Shown here: piece after piece, positions 61,467 through 64,000 of the stretch
Layout: each line of letters opens with the position of its first letter
Numbering within the stretch: position 1 is the first letter of the stretch
Origin: Spirochaetia bacterium
GTDB taxonomy: Bacteria; Spirochaetota; Spirochaetia; DSM-2461
Assembly (NCBI GenBank): GCA_963666985.2
Contig: CAXXIA010000002.1
Coordinates: 1,920,001 to 1,984,000, forward strand
DNA length: 64,000 nucleotides
Direction: 5' to 3'
The notes under the pieces: model-generated
What the model saw: only the letters and a program-made list of their open reading frames with translations
The model's database searches: none
Told to the model about the DNA's origin: nothing
Translations under genes and position numbers: made by a program

Positions 61467-63097
61467 TCCATTCTCTCCTCTCCGGTCTCCTTCGGCGGCG
61501 GAAAGACCAGACGGAAGATCGTCCCGCGGCCGACTTCCGAATCAAGTTCTATTTCCCCGGAATGACTCTGGACGATACCCAGGGAGATGGAGAGTCCCAA
61601 GCCCGTCCCGGCATTTTTTTCTTTGGTGGAATAGAACGGTTCAAATATTCGTTTTTGCTCCTCCGGCGTTATTCCCGAACCATTGTCTTCAACTTCGACG
61701 CAAATGTTCCCGGAGGCTCTGCAAAAGGTTCGAACGGTGATGAGGCCCCGGTCTTCTTGGATCGCATCCGCCGCATTGACCAACATATTCACCAAGACTT
61801 GTTCCAACTGGTTGGCATTGGCAGAGATATCCGGTACGGGATTTAATTGTTCTTCCACCCGTGCCTTGTACTTCAATTTGTTCCAAACCAGTTTTAAGGA
61901 GTTCCTTACTACGTTGTTCAGGTTTACCGGTTCCCGGGTCAATTCGTCCTTTCGGGCGAAACTTCTCAGACTCTTAACGATTTCCGTTATTTTCGTAATA
62001 CCCGTTTGAGCGTCGGAGATCATGGATTTCAGATCCTCCGCGATAAAATCCATGTCTTCCTTTTTAATGAGCTCTTCGATTTCCCGATTCAAAGAATCGC
62101 GATCGGCGGAATCCGCGCAAGTATCCCGGCGTCTATAAAGTTCAATAAGGCGGTCATAGACCTCCAGATACTCTTTCAGGGTTTGTGAGTTGCTGTAGAG
62201 ATAACTCGCCGGATTGTTTATTTCATGGGCAATGCCCGCCGCCAGCTGTCCCAGAGAGGCCAGGCGTTCCTGCTGTATCATTTGATTTTGTGTTTCGGAG
62301 AGTTTCTTAAGAGAGTCTTTAAGCTCCCGTGTTCGTCGGTTAACCGTTTCTTCCAGAATTAGATTCTGGTTCTTGAGGTTCGATGTCATCCTGTTGAAGA
62401 TTTCTCCCAACTGTTCAAATTCCCGAGGAACATGTATCTCCACTTTTGCCGTTAAATCGCCGTTGGAAACGCGGGCGGTGGCGTCGGAGAGGTTCTTCAG
62501 AGGATTCTTAAACCAGAGATAAATCATGGATGTCACCACGACGGCGAAAAAAACGAACACGATGGTGACCGAAACAATCAGCTGGTAGCTTAATTTTCGA
62601 TATTCCTTGAGATAGTGTTTTTCATCGATAAGAACATCGAAAAGAAGGGAACCGTTTTTAATGATTTTAACGCCGTGCAGACCGTCGTGTTCATCAATGA
62701 AAACCATTTGACGGTCCGAAGAAGATATCTTGTCCGGCTCTTCGAGAAGCCAGTTATGGAAAAACGATTCCGGAAGCATCTCGGGACTATAGAGAATCTC
62801 ACCGCTTCGTGGATCCGCGAAGGCCGCACCGAGAACGGCCTCATTAAGCGGAAGGAGTTCCAGAATTTCGTTGAATCCCAAGTTGGAAAAATGACCGGAG
62901 GATAACGTCATATCGAGAGTTTCGGTCAGAAGCTCGATGCTGTGCCGCAGTTCCAGCCGCCCGTGGTTTTTCAGGATTTGATGAGAAAAACCCAAGACCG
63001 CCGAAAGACCGAGTACGGCGGCCAATGAGAGAACTATGAGAAGGCGCTGAATCAAAGTAAAATTGTGCACGGCCGATCCGGATCGTTTTTTCATCAT
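61463..63097 (-). CDS. HAMP-domain membrane histidine kinase
   Basis: 2 TM, HAMP, AHEINNP, GTGLGL. Confidence 0.92.
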   Translation of the reverse strand: MMKKRSGSAVHNFTLIQRLLIVLSLAAVLGLSAVLGFSHQILKNHGRLELRHSIELLTETLDMTLSSGHFSNLGFNEILELLPLNEAVLGAAFADPRSGEILYSPEMLPESFFHNWLLEEPDKISSSDRQMVFIDEHDGLHGVKIIKNGSLLFDVLIDEKHYLKEYRKLSYQLIVSVTIVFVFFAVVVTSMIYLWFKNPLKNLSDATARVSNGDLTAKVEIHVPREFEQLGEIFNRMTSNLKNQNLILEETVNRRTRELKDSLKKLSETQNQMIQQERLASLGQLAAGIAHEINNPASYLYSNSQTLKEYLEVYDRLIELYRRRDTCADSADRDSLNREIEELIKKEDMDFIAEDLKSMISDAQTGITKITEIVKSLRSFARKDELTREPVNLNNVVRNSLKLVWNKLKYKARVEEQLNPVPDISANANQLEQVLVNMLVNAADAIQEDRGLITVRTFCRASGNICVEVEDNGSGITPEEQKRIFEPFYSTKEKNAGTGLGLSISLGIVQSHSGEIELDSEVGRGTIFRLVFPPPKETGEERME

Positions 63098-63177
63098 CGA
63101 TAAAAGTCTAGTCTGCGTCTGTTTACGAAATCAAAACAATCTTTGATTTTACCGCCGGCATAAACGAAAGTTTTTCT

Positions 63178-64000
63178 ATGAAATATCTGTTGATGTTCTT
63201 GATGTTTCTTTTCGCCGAAGCTGCGGCGTTTGCGGAGATGGATGCCAATCTGATCGTTGAATTTGTGGGAGAAGATTTCGACAAAGTATCGATAAAGCCG
63301 GATAACACGCGATATCTGTCCATACTGGGTTCTTTCACTCCTCAGTTTGTCTGGAAACAGGGTCGGACTTTGGCGCTGTTAAACGTTCAAATTTATGGAG
63401 AGTTGGGATTGACCGATCCCGCGGATTCTTCGATTGTTTCCGGCAGTTTCGGACGAGAGGGACTCTGGCTGGCGCAAATCAAAGTAGACAGTTTTTTTCA
63501 TGCTTTTTTCGGCGAATCGGACTTCTACTTCAAGGGTGGCCGATACACGGCGGATTTACCGTGGCATTTTGGAGGATTATTTGAAACCGGGACAATTGAG
63601 GCCGGATGGTGGCCGGCTTTCGGGCCGAAAATTTTCTTTCAGCAAATTTGGTATAACTGGAATAAAGAAGATTTTTCCGACGCGGATAATCAATTAATCC
63701 ATTCTCTCGCATTGGATGTTCATTTCTCCGACAGCCGTCTTAAAGTGCGTTTTCCGTTCTCCTTTTCCGAAAACATGCTGGATTTAAGAGTGTTCCCTTC
63801 CGCTGCATATCAATATCATCAGGGGGTTTGGTTATGGGACCTCACGGGAGGTGTAGGCTGGCGGGAGAATATTTCGAAGGAGCAAGGGACGTGCTTCGGT
63901 TTGCGTTCGGAAGTCGAATGGGAATACATCCACGGTCATTCAACTTCGGTCTTGGTCGGTCTCATTTCGGCTTTTGATGAAAGCCGAAATAACTATAAAT
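63178..64000 (+). CDS. Secreted/outer-membrane protein, runs off the window (absent from the ORF track)
   Basis: ATG 63178, signal peptide MKYLLMFLMFLFAEAAAFA; no stop codon to the window end; aromatic-rich amphipathic strands. Confidence 0.7.
   Translation, partial: MKYLLMFLMFLFAEAAAFAEMDANLIVEFVGEDFDKVSIKPDNTRYLSILGSFTPQFVWKQGRTLALLNVQIYGELGLTDPADSSIVSGSFGREGLWLAQIKVDSFFHAFFGESDFYFKGGRYTADLPWHFGGLFETGTIEAGWWPAFGPKIFFQQIWYNWNKEDFSDADNQLIHSLALDVHFSDSRLKVRFPFSFSENMLDLRVFPSAAYQYHQGVWLWDLTGGVGWRENISKEQGTCFGLRSEVEWEYIHGHSTSVLVGLISAFDESRNNYK

Noticed and set aside
1..64000. tRNA, rRNA or riboswitch genes
   Set aside because: None recognised by eye; tRNAscan-SE/Infernal would be needed to exclude them.

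Overview
The window is bacterial and probably from a free-living spirochaete (inferred from a LruC-domain lipoprotein, spirochaete-style lipoboxes and the integrase type). It has four zones. (1) Bases 1-15.85 kb hold an integron-like gene-cassette array. Eleven co-oriented, structured repeats (AAC-A-GMTGTT...CAKC-N5-GTT, 130-208 bp core, the last one truncated) separate nine intact single-gene cassettes. Each cassette is bounded by its own 14-21 bp GTT.../...AAC inverted repeat, and three of the nine genes face backwards. The repeats resemble attC sites but are non-canonical in length, spacer geometry and branching. No IntI is visible; the only recombinase is a non-IntI tyrosine recombinase directly abutting the truncated last repeat. 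IS3, IS30 and IS481 elements have inserted into the array. (2) Bases 16-19.7 kb hold a compact integrase / HTH / terminase small / truncated terminase large phage-like remnant. (3) Bases 19.7-35.2 kb hold an accessory island: orphan PTS enzyme I, Crp/Fnr, B12 radical SAM, two GH130-like proteins plus GT4, a decayed N6 DNA methylase and nested IS3 elements. (4) Bases 35.3-64 kb are more ordinary: glucuronokinase-like kinase plus galU, lipid salvage genes (plsY, DAK2-DegV fusion, YhhN, thioesterase), GGDEF, a 1475-aa membrane protein, a LruC lipoprotein and a two-component cluster. All calls come from reading motifs by eye; no database searches were run.
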